A DNA stretch of 64,000 nt, taken from Neocallimastix sp. 'constans' (taxonomy: Eukaryota). A program made the position numbers and the translations under genes. Where the stretch lies: positions 124,001-188,000 of the forward strand of contig JBODTK010000138.1 of NCBI GenBank assembly GCA_050613775.1. Reading direction: 5' to 3'. Shown in pieces: positions 14,150 through 27,244 of this stretch (position 1 is its first letter; every line of letters begins with the position of its first letter). The notes under the pieces are model-generated. The model searched no databases. It saw nothing but the letters and a program-made list of their open reading frames with translations, and was not told the DNA's origin.

Positions 14150-14770
14150 TATTGAATAATAAATAATTATAGTATTTATTATTCAATAATAATAAATAAT
14201 TGAATAATTGAATAAAATATAATGGAATAATAAGTAATAATTGAATAATAAATAATAAATAAGAGTATTTATTAATAAATAATAAATAATAAATAATAAA
14301 AAGAGTATTTATTAATAAATAATAAATAATAAATAATAAAAAGAGTATTTATTAATAAATAATAAATAATAAAAAGAGTATTTATTAATAAATAATAAAT
14401 AATAAAAAGAGTATTTATTAATAAATAATAAATAATAAATAATAAAAAGAGTATTTATTAATAAATAATAAATAATAAATAATAAAAAGAGTATTTATTA
14501 ATAAATAATAAATAATAAAAAGAGTATTTATTAATAAATAATAAATAATAAAAAGAGTATTTATTAATAAATAATAAATAATAAATAATAAAAAGAGTAT
14601 TTATTAATAAATAATAAATAATAAATAATAAAAAGAGTATTTATTAATAAATAATAAATAATAAATAATAAAAAGAGTATTTATTAATAAATAATAAATA
14701 ATAAATAATAAATAATTAATTAAATAATAAAAAGAGTATTTATTAATAAATAATAAATAATTGAATAATC
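14150..14770. repeat. (AATAAAT)n array punctuated by AAAAGAGTATTTATT (higher-order minisatellite)
   Basis: Directly visible; the same punctuation occurs at ~46000-46110. Confidence 0.9.
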
Positions 14771-15264
14771 AAAATTTAATTTTTATATGTTTTTTTTTTT
14801 AAACATTTATATTATTAAATCAAAATAATATTCATATAAATAATTAAATCATAAATAAATAAAAAAAAAAAAACTTTATACTATAAATATAGATAAAAGT
14901 TGAATATATACACATTTATATACAAGTATAAATAATAAATAATATTTATTTAAGTAATTTTTGTTCTTCATTAAATTAATTTATGAGTATAATGAAGAGT
15001 TTTACCTTTAAAGTCTTTTATAAAGATATTTCAAATATAATAATATTTTTATAATATTTTTAGTGATGCCAAGTTCTACTGCAATCAACGTAAATTTAAA
15101 TTAAGTTAAAAAAGGAAAAAAATAATTGTATCTTAAAACTTTTAATAATACCAAAAAAGACTAGAGGGAGAGAGAGAAAAGGCAATGCTGAAAGGCAATT
15201 TTACTATCATCAGAGAAAAAAAAAAAAAAAAAGGATTAATTTTAATTTAATTTAATAACCAAAT

Positions 15265-15905
15265 TATTATTTATTATTACTTATTACTTATTATTTATTA
15301 TTTATTTATTATTCAATTATTTATTATTTATTATTTATTATTTATTATTTATTATTTATTATTTATTATTCAATTATTTATTATTTATTATTTATTATTT
15401 ATTATTTATTATTTATTATTTATTATTTATTATTTATTATTTATTATTTATTATTTATTATTTATTATTTATTTATTATTCAATTATTTATTATTTATTA
15501 TTTATTATTTATTATTTATTATTTATTATTTATTATTTATTATTTATTATTTATTATTTATTACTTATTATTTATTATTTATTATTTATTATTTAATTAT
15601 TTATTATTTAATTATTTATTATTCAATTATTCAATTATTTATTATTTATTATTTAATTATTTATTATTTATAATTTATTATTTATTATTTATTATTTATT
15701 ATTTATTATTATTATTTAATTATTTATTACTTATTATTTATTATTTATTATTTATTATTTATTATTTATTATTTATTATTTATTATTTATTATTTATTAT
15801 TTATTACTTATTATTTATTATTTATTATTTATTATTTAACTATTATTATTTATTATTTATTATTTATTTATTATTTATTATTTATTTATTATTTATTATT
15901 CAATT
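15265..15905. repeat. (ATTTATT)n microsatellite, inverted relative to 14150-14770
   Basis: Directly visible. Confidence 0.9.
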
Positions 15906-16267
15906 TCAATTAATTAATTATCACAATCAAAACGTTCTGACTTGTACAATTAATCATTGGTTAGTAATGTTTATTGTGTTTATGAATGGAATGAATAAAA
16001 AAAAATATATAAATATAAATAAATATTTAAATAGAGAATTTGAAAATATCAAATAAATTACATATATAGATATAAATATTTAAAAAAAAATAAAAATATA
16101 AAAAAAATTACTTCAAACCTTTTTATATATATATATATATATTTAATAATCATTAAACCTTTTTTTTATATATTTAATTAATCATTATTTTATGTGCATA
16201 ATCCAAAAAAAAAAAAAAAAAGTATAAATATTTTCAAATAATATTTAATCTCCACACCATTATCCTT

Positions 16268-16530
16268 TTATTATTTAATATTTTTATTATTTAATATTTT
16301 TATTATTTAATATTTTTATTATTTAATATTTTTATTATTTAATATTTTTATTATTTAATATTTTTATTATTTAATATTTTTATTATTTAATATTTTTATT
16401 ATTTTTATTAATTTAAATTATTTATATTTTTATTTATATTTTTACTATTTAATATTTTTATTATTTTTATTAATTTATATTATTTAATATTTTTATCGTT
16501 TATATTTTTATCATTTATATTTTTATCGTT
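16268..16530. repeat. 16-bp minisatellite (TTTTTATTATTTAATA)n
   Basis: Directly visible. Confidence 0.85.
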
Positions 16531-16563
16531 TATAAATTTTTTTACACTATTTTATATATGAAT

Positions 16564-16598
<35 letters not shown>

Positions 16599-16770
16599 AA
16601 GAAATAATAAAAAGTATAATTAAGAATGTCATTTTTTAGTTGTTTTAGATTTTAATTAAATAAAATTATGAATAAAAAGTTTCCATTTTAAAGTTTTTAT
16701 TTCAAACTTTTATTTTTCCTTATTTAACAATTTAAAAAATTTTTTTTTTTTACTATTGATTATTATAATT

Positions 16771-17765
16771 TGTTAAGAATAATAATTAAAGTTTAATATT
16801 ATATAGTATAGTTATAAATTATTTATATAATATGTACATGTATAATTTTATACATATGTAATAAGGCTTGAATAACTTAGTAATCAAGCGTATAATTTTA
16901 ACAAATGCATTTCATGTATTGCGAATCATTTTATAGCCCTTGTGTTGCTATATTTGATTTATACTATATACTTGCATGTAATCATAATACCATTAATAAA
17001 ACGGTGTCTTTTATTAATAAAATTTATCATTAAAACTTTAAAGATTAAGATTCTCAGTTGATTCAACCATTTTTATTTACAATAAAAAAATACCTATTAA
17101 TATAAAACAACTATATAACAAAATAATCATACAATAATGGGAAAAATATAGTATAAAGAATAGCGACACATCATCTAACGAATCAAACCCTTCATCTCAT
17201 GATAGTGCATCATCCTCCTGCACTGTTCATTTATTACAAAAAGCTAAAAATAAAGAGAGATGATAATGAGGATTTGGCTACAATTATAAGATATTTAGTT
17301 GATAATCAAAATCCCAGAAATACCAAATATACAAATATTAAGTTCACAGAAGTTATTTTAACCGGAAGAAATAACTATAAAAATTTGAAGCGTCTCCATA
17401 GGCATAGTTCTAAGACTAAACCATGTTGAAGAATAAACAAAAAAAAAAAAAAAAAAAAAAAGAATTAATAAGAAAAATTAAAGTATCTGAAATTGGACAA
17501 ATAAATATGAACGACTATTTGGAAATTCCAGGTACAAGAACCTTTCGTAATGCTAGAAACGTTACTCAGGAAATGGCTGACAAAATTGAATATGCAAAAT
17601 ATTTAATTAATAAAAACATTTCAATGACATAAAAAGAGACATAGACTTTAGCTCGAATACTACTTTTGAAATATGGAATACATTAAGACACTCATATTAT
17701 CCAAGTGTTAAAGAGCAAAAAAGCAAATATTAAAAGAAAAGTTAGAAGATATATGCTTAAAATTT
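16771..17765 (+). mobile_element. Ty1/copia 5' fragment: possible short LTR (16771-16903) plus decayed gag
   Basis: TGTTAA...TTAACA termini; across frameshifts reads ILTGRNNYKI(W)SVSIGIVLRLN and TTFEIWNTLRHSY, typical copia gag N-terminal motifs. Confidence 0.6.
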
Positions 17766-18581
17766 TTTAAAAAATAAACATATAAATATATAAAATTAAT
17801 AAATAAATAAAAAATATTAAAAAAAAAAAAAAAATAAATAAATGTGTTAAAAATGTTTTATTATTACTCTTATATATTTTATCTTAATTTCTATCAATTT
17901 TTAGTTTTTTTTATTATTAAAATTTTAATAAAATAAAAAAACTATATAATATTGATATTGATATTAATAATAAAAATAACTATATAATATTGATATTATA
18001 TATATATAATTATTTATTATTCAGAATAAATAATATATAATTTTTTAATATAACAGTAATATGAAGATATGAAGTTATATATGAAAATATTTTTTTATTG
18101 CTTAATATTTGAAATATTTATATTTATTCTGAATAAAAAATTAGTGTTAATTATTCAATTTTTTTAATTAGAAAAATAAAATATTCATTTATTTATTTAT
18201 GTATTATTTATTATTTATTTATTTATTATTTATCATTCATTATTTATTTATTATATTTATTATTTATTATATATTATTTGTTATTTATTATTTATCATTA
18301 ATTATTTATTATTTATTATTTATTATTTATTATTTATTATTTATTATTTATTATTTATTATTTATTATTTATTTATTTAAAAATATTTTATAATAAAATA
18401 TTTAAAGACTTATTTCAAAAATGATTTTTATTACTTATTTAGAATAATAAATAAATTTATATATATATTTAAAGAATTTTTTTTTTTTAAAATAAAAAAA
18501 AAGAAAATCCGGTAGCTTTTTTTATTTTTTATTTCCTTTTTTTTTTTTTTTTTTTATATCTTTTATATCTTTTATAATTTT

Positions 18582-21500
18582 TTAATTATTACTATTATTT
18601 TTTTTATTTAAAATAATTTTTTTAATTTCATTAAATGTTTCTAAATCATTACACCTTAAATATCTATAAAGATTACTTTTTTCAAATACCCTATATTTTT
18701 TAGAGTTGTAAAATTTTATTAAAAATTTTACCATTTCTTTATTTCCAGCTTTAATGGCTAAAACTAATGGACTATGATCATAATCTTTTGTATGAATTAA
18801 TTTATGGTGAGAAGAAAGAATTTTAAGTAAATCTAAATTGTTTCTATAAATTACCGATTTTTGAATTTCTGAAATATTATCCTTATTAATGAACATTATG
18901 GTCATATATTCAAAAATAGGAATATTATGAATTCTAATGGAATACATGAGTGGAGTTTCATTCATATTTTCAATATTTTGATTCTTGACATTAACATCGG
19001 CTCCATTTTCAATTAATAATTTAACAATGGATAGACACTTTGTTTCCATTGAATAGGTAAGAGCATATTTACCATTCTTATCTGAACTATTAACATCACA
19101 TCCTCTCTTAATTAATTCTTTCAAAAATTCCAATTGAATATCTCTATCCCATTGGAGGTTCCTTAATACAATAAAAAGAAGAGAATTTAATGTCTCTTGC
19201 GTTGTAATATTTTCTAACAGAATTATAAATAATTCTTTATTACCAATGCTAATAGAAATATCATATAATAATTCATCAAATTCCAATTCTTTCTCGTTGG
19301 TAGAAGCAAAATGGATTAAATATTTCAAGGTTTTGATATCTTCTTTCATGACGACATAGTGCAAAAGATTATAGCCGTTACCATCTAACTCGGTAATATT
19401 AAAGTAACTTAAAAGGATTTCAAATATTTCTTTCTTACCTATTAAATATGAAAATATTAATGGGGTAAATCCACAGAATGAATACTTCTCACTTATTTTC
19501 GAGACTTTCTTGATTTCTGTGAATTTTTCCAAGGTTAGGAGAATACCTTCCAAATTATTTTGACATATTAAACGTATTAATGAATGAACGGATGAATTAA
19601 AATTTTCTACTTCTAAGATGGATTTTGAAAAATCATATCGATTTAACATTTTAAAATTTTGATCTTTTAATAACTTCAATAACAGCGATATTTCATTTTT
19701 AATATCGAATTCTCTATTAGTACTAAAGCTTAGTAAATATCTGAAGATATTTAATCCATTGTCATTGTTCATACAATTTTTAAAGGCTACCGTTAAAGGA
19801 CGATCACCATTTTCATCACTGACATTAACATTAAATGAATGTTCTTCATTCTCCAGTAGACATTTAATTAACGAAAGATTTCCAATTCTGATGATAGAAT
19901 TTAATAACAGTGAACGATAGGTGAAATCTTTAGTTTTGAGATTGGGAAGACTTATATATAAATATTCTTGGGTTATCGGAATTTCTAATAGCATTTCGAG
20001 AATGATAAAAATTATCTCAATATTCTTACAGGACTTCTTATTGGATTCTAAGAGAAGTTTTTCAAGGCAAATACGATCCATCAAATTTTGAAATTTATTA
20101 TTTCTACTGATCATGGAAATTAGTAGTTTAAAAATGAGAATCCTATTATATTGAATTGACTTCAAAAGAACATGCTCAAAATTAATTTTTTCATAATTTT
20201 TAATTCTAAATATATTCTTGAAAATTATTTTTACACAAATAACACTATCATATTTAATGGCTAAGATTAATATATTTTCAATGACCACAGGTTGAAGAAG
20301 AAAAGAATGTTGTTGTCGATGATCATTTAGATAATCAAAGATGAGTTGTACAGTTTCACCTAAATAGTATTTCTTATTTTTTAATATTTTTTCGAAAGTT
20401 GAAATGAAATCAAAAGTTGGATGTGAAAATATTTGATTAATAAAATCCATGATATATTTTTGGTTCATTAACTTTGAAGTAGCTGTTTTAACGGTTTCAC
20501 TTTGATTCATATCTTTAATCGATTTTAAAAATCGATCTAACTCAATCGCATTAGTATCAAAGGTTGGATGATGATAAAATAAATCAAACGCATATCTTAA
20601 TAAAATTTTTCCTCTTTCCTTTACCACTATGACACATTCATTAAATCTTGAAAATTTAAAGTCAAATGTTGGGTGGTGAAGGAAGAAGTCCAAAAAGATT
20701 TTGATAAATACATCATTATTATCCCAGGTACTGATACTTCTGAAACATAATAAGCAGTGATCAAGAAATATACATTTCGTATCAAAAGTTTTATTTTGAA
20801 AGCAAATTTGAATAAAATCTTTAAATAATTTTTGGGAGGTTTCGTTCGTGGATGAAATGTTCAAAGAAATGAACTCTGAAAGCGATTTCTTAAAATTATT
20901 GACAATTTCATAGGTTAAATAGTCATCCTGTGATTCAAGAACCATTTCAAGTAATTGTTTTGAAAATGATTTAAATATTTCTTGAAATTCTCTTTTATTA
21001 AATTGTAGGTAGAGGGAGACCAAATTATAATATTTTCTTTTTAAGGCATATTCGAATCGGTAATTGTCTATTGAATGATGACTAATAATTGTTAATAATT
21101 CATCATGAGATACCTTCTTTCTATCTTTATAATGGAAGAGCAGTTTTAAAATACAGGCCTTATCAAAAAAATAATGGATATTGATATACTTTATCATGTA
21201 AGGAAATTCTGGTTCATAAATGTAATTACTATCGATATGAAATCCAATATCCAATAAATATGAAAAATTTTGTTGATTTAAAGATGAATAATGGATTAAA
21301 TACCTAAATATCTTGTAAGGACTCATAACTTTACTTCCGTAATGGAATAATAAATTTGCAATTTGAAACTTTTTTTCAGCTAACGCCACGGAAAGAACTA
21401 AATCAATATCAAAATTTTTATTGTCACTTGGAAGATCATAATGGGATAAAATAAATTTTATGTATTCTGGAGGAGCATCATTTTTAATAAAAAATATTAA

Positions 21501-21947
21501 AATATTGTTATGATCATCATTAATATTATCATCAGTAACATGATAGGTGAAGCCAGTTTTTTTAAAGTAGTTCTCCAATATCTGCACATCATTCAATGAA
21601 ATGATTTGTTTAAATACATTCTCTCTACCAACAAGTTTTTCAATGCTTTTTCGAAATTGACGATCCTCTTCAATGAAACGGAAATCAAGTACATCATCAG
21701 TACTAAAGTGAACTTCTCTATAAAAATAGTCAACTACTAATTTGGATAGATCTTCAGGTTTTCTTAAATCGTTTGAGAGTAATGTTTGAAAGGTATAAAA
21801 ATTCATTAATGAAAAAGTATATCTATAAATATTGTCATCAATATGAAACCTTTCATTCCTATCTTTCATTTGTTCATCGAAATAGGATTCTAAAGCATTT
21901 TGATTTGTTCGAATAATGGTAAAAATTTCTTCATTATAATCAGTCAT
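18582..21947 (-). CDS. Intronless ankyrin-repeat protein, 1121 aa (copy A)
   Basis: Intact ORF; ankyrin motifs such as GDRPLTVA, GFTPLIFS, GYNLLHY, LIKRGCDVN, IVKLLIENGADVN, ETPLMYS, SPLVLAIKAGNKEMVKFLI. Confidence 0.92.
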   Translation of the reverse strand: MTDYNEEIFTIIRTNQNALESYFDEQMKDRNERFHIDDNIYRYTFSLMNFYTFQTLLSNDLRKPEDLSKLVVDYFYREVHFSTDDVLDFRFIEEDRQFRKSIEKLVGRENVFKQIISLNDVQILENYFKKTGFTYHVTDDNINDDHNNILIFFIKNDAPPEYIKFILSHYDLPSDNKNFDIDLVLSVALAEKKFQIANLLFHYGSKVMSPYKIFRYLIHYSSLNQQNFSYLLDIGFHIDSNYIYEPEFPYMIKYINIHYFFDKACILKLLFHYKDRKKVSHDELLTIISHHSIDNYRFEYALKRKYYNLVSLYLQFNKREFQEIFKSFSKQLLEMVLESQDDYLTYEIVNNFKKSLSEFISLNISSTNETSQKLFKDFIQICFQNKTFDTKCIFLDHCLLCFRSISTWDNNDVFIKIFLDFFLHHPTFDFKFSRFNECVIVVKERGKILLRYAFDLFYHHPTFDTNAIELDRFLKSIKDMNQSETVKTATSKLMNQKYIMDFINQIFSHPTFDFISTFEKILKNKKYYLGETVQLIFDYLNDHRQQHSFLLQPVVIENILILAIKYDSVICVKIIFKNIFRIKNYEKINFEHVLLKSIQYNRILIFKLLISMISRNNKFQNLMDRICLEKLLLESNKKSCKNIEIIFIILEMLLEIPITQEYLYISLPNLKTKDFTYRSLLLNSIIRIGNLSLIKCLLENEEHSFNVNVSDENGDRPLTVAFKNCMNNDNGLNIFRYLLSFSTNREFDIKNEISLLLKLLKDQNFKMLNRYDFSKSILEVENFNSSVHSLIRLICQNNLEGILLTLEKFTEIKKVSKISEKYSFCGFTPLIFSYLIGKKEIFEILLSYFNITELDGNGYNLLHYVVMKEDIKTLKYLIHFASTNEKELEFDELLYDISISIGNKELFIILLENITTQETLNSLLFIVLRNLQWDRDIQLEFLKELIKRGCDVNSSDKNGKYALTYSMETKCLSIVKLLIENGADVNVKNQNIENMNETPLMYSIRIHNIPIFEYMTIMFINKDNISEIQKSVIYRNNLDLLKILSSHHKLIHTKDYDHSPLVLAIKAGNKEMVKFLIKFYNSKKYRVFEKSNLYRYLRCNDLETFNEIKKIILNKKNNSNN

Positions 21948-22418
21948 TTTTTAATCTTTCTTTTTTTTTTTTTTTTCTTTTAATTTTTTTGTTTAAATTT
22001 TAATTAAATTTTTTTTTATTTTAAAAATAATATATGTATTAACATTAATCTGTAATAAAAATAAATTAAATATTCTTGACAAATGTAATTCATTATGTTT
22101 TTTTTTTTGTTATTCTTCTTTCTTGAGAAAAAAAAATTAGTAACAAATATTAAATATAAGAATAAAAAAATTTTTTGAAAGAAAAAATTTTTTATTATTT
22201 ATATTAATTTAGTTGTGGTTAAATTTAAAATTAAATATGAAAAAAAAAAAAAAAATTTTTTAATTAAATTTTTATAGGTTAATTAATTTTTAATCTTAAC
22301 CAAAAAAAAAAAAAAAAAAATTTAATCTACCACCACACATAAAATTAAAAAAAAAAAAAAAAAGTTTAAATATATAAAAAATTTATATATTTTTTTTTTT
22401 TCCAATATATAAACGTAT

Positions 22419-22467
<49 letters not shown>

Positions 22468-23561
22468 TGTATATATATAAATATTTAAAATTGAAATATT
22501 TTGATATATTATTTTATAATACTTTAACATTAATAATAATGATTATTTCATTTATATATTATTAAAATTTATTTTATTCATAAACTGAAATTAGTTTCAT
22601 TATCTTTTAACACCATTAATAGAATTAATTAAATATTTATTGGTTAAGATTGAAAATTAAATCTTAAACCAAGAAAACTTTAAAAAAAAAAAAAAAAAAA
22701 AAAAATTAAATTTAATTAATCTTATTCATAATTATAATGAGAATTATGAATAGATCATAATTTGATGAATTAAAATCTGTTAATCATAATGAATAAAAAT
22801 ATTAAAAAATATATATATAATATGATAAAATATATATATATATAATAAATATTAAATATCTATGGTATAGTATAGAGTATAATAGTAAAGTTTGATATTT
22901 TTTTTTATTAAGAAAAAATAATATTTCTTAAAAAACATAAATAAATATATATTTTATAAATTTGAAAATAATTCATTATTAAAATTATGAAATATAATTT
23001 TCTATTATTTATAAAAGTAAGAATTTTTATTTATAAATTTTACTTTCTTAACTTAATATATGATATACCAAAATGAATAATTCATACATGTTACTAATTT
23101 TTTTTAATTTATTAATTGACCTGACTAATTCCATTAATAAAATTATTATTGATGAATGAAATGTTTTTCCGATTGATATATATATTATTTATATTATTCA
23201 TTTATTTATTTTCATAAAAAAAATTAATAAAATATTATTTTATTAATTTTTTTTTTTTTTTTTAAATTTTTCTTTAATTTTTATTTTTCATTACAATTTC
23301 CAAATTCATTAAAAGTAACCTTTACCACAATACTGGTTAACAATATTCTCTTAACATTTAAAAAATAAAAAAATTTTATTAATATTTTTTTTACTTTTTT
23401 ATATATATATAAATAAAAAATTTTAGTTTTGAAAAAAAAAAATGAATAATATTAATATATAAAATATATATTAATATATCGTATTAATATATATATTAAC
23501 TAAATTTTAATTTGTATTTACTCTTATATATATTAATTTATATTTATTATTATTATACTTT

Positions 23562-23563
<2 letters not shown>

Positions 23564-23608
<45 letters not shown>

Positions 23609-25990
23609 GGCAGCAAACTTGTTTCATCTTTATTAATTAAATATTTGATAAAATACATATAATAAAAAGAAAAAAAAAAAAAATAAAAAAAAATAAACAA
23701 AATAAAACACAAAATAGAATAAAATAATGGTATAAAGTTTTCTAGTTTCATTTAATTAATATTTGTAAGACTTCACAAGAGCATAATTATACTGAAGTAT
23801 AATTATTAATTTTGACTTCACAATGTTAATATGTTAATCATAATTTTAAGATACAAAATTATGATCTTCATTGGTTGCGCTGCCCTGCTGGCCTGTCTTA
23901 TTGTTTCTTCAGCATTGACGCTCTTGGTAGTAGTAGTACGATTCGATTTGAACCTATTGAACAAAGACCATTGCTGGCCATTAACAATAGGTATAATCGA
24001 TTGAAGAAGTACCGCAGTAACCACCAAGAATGGAGTATCAGAATAAGCACCTGATTTCATCTGGCACTTAAATAGATCCTTCCATTCCCTTGTACTGTTA
24101 TTAATACTTCGACCTCCAAGAAGGAAATTAAACACTTTTTCACACACACTAGAATCAACATACACCTTATTTTCAATACTATTACTAACATTACTAAAAA
24201 TACTATTACTAATATTACTATAACTATTATTACTATTACTATTATTACTATTATTATTATTACTGTTGTTATTATCATTATTACTATTAACAATATCATT
24301 TGTTAGGTTGTCACGGTAAAAAGCATTATATAAAAATAAAATTTTATCATTAACTTTACTACGAATATGATTGAAAAATGGACAATCAATTAACCAATGC
24401 CTTTATCCATTGTTTATTACTTTTACAACAGGGTCAAAAATTAGGACACATTTGATCTATTATTTTTGCAGCTTTAGCAATTCTAGCATCTAATCTATAT
24501 CCACTTCGGGCTCTCAATAGCCAATAGAAACCATATGAAAGATCAAGATATTCATAACAAAGTTTTATAAATTTTGATGTTTCTTCGAATTTGTTTTTGT
24601 CATAAAATTCAGTTTTAATAGAATTGATTTTCATATCTCTTTTCCAATAAAAATCCTTGATTTTATTATCGTTACTACCTCTTTTCTCTAGTTTACGTTT
24701 AAGAGTTCTACTTTCTTTTGTCCATGTATATTTTCTAAATTTTGGAATATTATTAACTAAATAGGAAATAATACAATTTGAATCTTTCCATTTATCAAAA
24801 CATTTGACTTGAGACAAAGCAAAGCACACTTAGCTGACAATGGAAGAATATTTAAATCTTTTGAAATAGAATATACATTAATAAAAGATTTGGCTTTTTG
24901 TAAACCCTGCAATCCATCTTAATCCTTTATTAATTAATTTTTGAGTATTATTTGTTCTTGCTTTATTTGAACCAAGTAAAGGTGCAAAATAAGAGACTTT
25001 ACTAAGTACATAGGAGTTAATAATAATCTTCTTAAATGGAATAGGAATTTTGGAATTTGAAAGAAATTTACTATCAGAAAAGAGAGCTTTAGTAACTTTA
25101 GAGTTAAGAAATTCAATAATAGGGTTCAACGATAAGCTTTTATCGAATGGTATACCTAAATTGATATAATATTTAGTTATTGGGATTGGTTAACCAGCAA
25201 GATAAAAAGTAGGATCTCTTTTATTTTGAAAAAGAGGTGTGTCTGGTCGAATGACCATCGTTGCACACTTGTTAATTCCAAAATTCATCATATATAATTT
25301 AGCCCATTCATTTTACCTTCTTAAGCATTTTTTTTTTTTTAACTTAGTTCTTGACGGTGCGCATAGAACAATATCATCTGCAAAGAGTCCACCACAACAT
25401 CTAGATTTGCCTAAAGGAATTCCAATTTCTGAAAAATCATTAAAAATGTTATTAATAAATAGATTGAAAAGAATTGGTGATAGTGGACAACCTTGTCTAA
25501 CTCCTTTCATAATATTAAATGATTCCGAATATTGATTATCAATTTTAACATTGGCTTTGTAAGTCAAATATAGATTTTTTATAAATTGATAACATTTACC
25601 TCTAATACCTAAAGCATCTAATTTAAATAAAATATTACCTATTGGAACAGAATCATATGCCTTTTTTTAAATCTAGAAAAGCAAGGTAAGTTTCTTTATT
25701 ATCATTTTTACACCTTTGACAAATTTCTCGAATTGAAATAAATAAACTAACACATTCTTCTTTATTACGAAATCCAAATTGCTCTGGGCCTAATAACATT
25801 ATTTTTAAGTCCATATTCCGAAATTCTTTTGGAGATTATTTTCGAAATGAGTTTTATGCTATTGTTAATCAGAGAGATACCTCGATAATTGTCACAATCA
25901 GAAAGATCATCTCCTTTTTAAGGAATGGATATAATACTTGCTTCATTCCATGTACTAGGAAATTCTACATTCCAATTTCTAGAATATATC
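23564..25990 (-). mobile_element. 5'-truncated, decayed LINE (RT, C-terminal CCHC-like motif, 3' UTR, poly-A)
   Basis: NYRGISL, EQFGFR, FLDL..AYDSVP, GVRQGCPLSPILFNLFI, GLFADDIVL; C..C...HWLIDC near 24370-24450; 42-nt poly-A tail (T run 23564-23605). Confidence 0.9.
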
Positions 25991-26880
25991 TTCTGTAAAG
26001 TTTAACAGATAAAACCTTACAGATATTAATTAAATGAGAATTGTAATAATTTTATATCTTTTTGGAGTAAATAATTTCGATAATAAGTAGTTTGTTGAAT
26101 GATTGAAAAATAATTTGATTTAGCACTTTTTTTAGTTTATTATTAAATTTGAATATCATAAAGTATTTAATGACTAAGATTGAATTGATGAAATATAATG
26201 GCTCAAAATTAGAAAAGAGTTAAATAAATTATTATTACAAGATTTAGAGTGAATCAATCTCTTACAACGGGATATATGAAATATATAGTTGAAATACAAT
26301 TGAATACAATAGATTCTTACATGAGAATAGTAATACTACATGATAATAGAAATACAATGAAAATGTATTACTTATTCTTGGGTGTAACTTATTTAACAAT
26401 GTTCCAAAAATGCACCATTATATTCGGCAGTGAATGATCACCAGATAAATTTTACCAATAACATTACCATTGCGAATAATGTTATTAATTAACACAAAAT
26501 ATAACTTTACTACTATTTTACACCAGTACTGTTGATCTACTTTATAAGAGTAAAGTTAATTCCCCTTGCAGGCGATTTATTATACATAAATGGAATACAC
26601 CCCTGCTCGGGTATATATTTTAATCTATTAATAATCTATATTGATATTAACATCTTTTATTGATCTATTTATTTAAAGTTACCATTTAATTAAGAACAAA
26701 TTTTCAATTTTGAATATAAAATTTTATAATAAAAATGCAAAGTTCATATCGACTTTATTTTTAAGAAAGAAAAAATATGAAAAAAAAAAATTTTTTTTTT
26801 TGTTGTTCTTAATTGATAAAAAATATTTAATAATAAAAATTATAATAATAATATTATTATAATAGAAATAAAAAAATTTT

Positions 26881-26936
<56 letters not shown>

Positions 26937-27131
26937 TTATTTTATGGATTTTATTAATACAATTTTTTTTTAATAATATAAAATTAATAAAAATTTAATA
27001 GTAATTTGAGACATTTGCAATAGTAAAATTATTATATATATATCTATATATATAAACTTTAATTATTTTTTAAAATCTTATCTATAGAAATATTGTTAGA
27101 ATAATAAATAAATTTAAATATATATTTAAAT

Positions 27132-27166
<35 letters not shown>

Positions 27167-27244
27167 ATATCTTTGATATCTTTTAATTTTTTTTTTTTTT
27201 TAATAATAATTCTTTTTTTTTTTTTTATTTAAAATAATTTTTTT

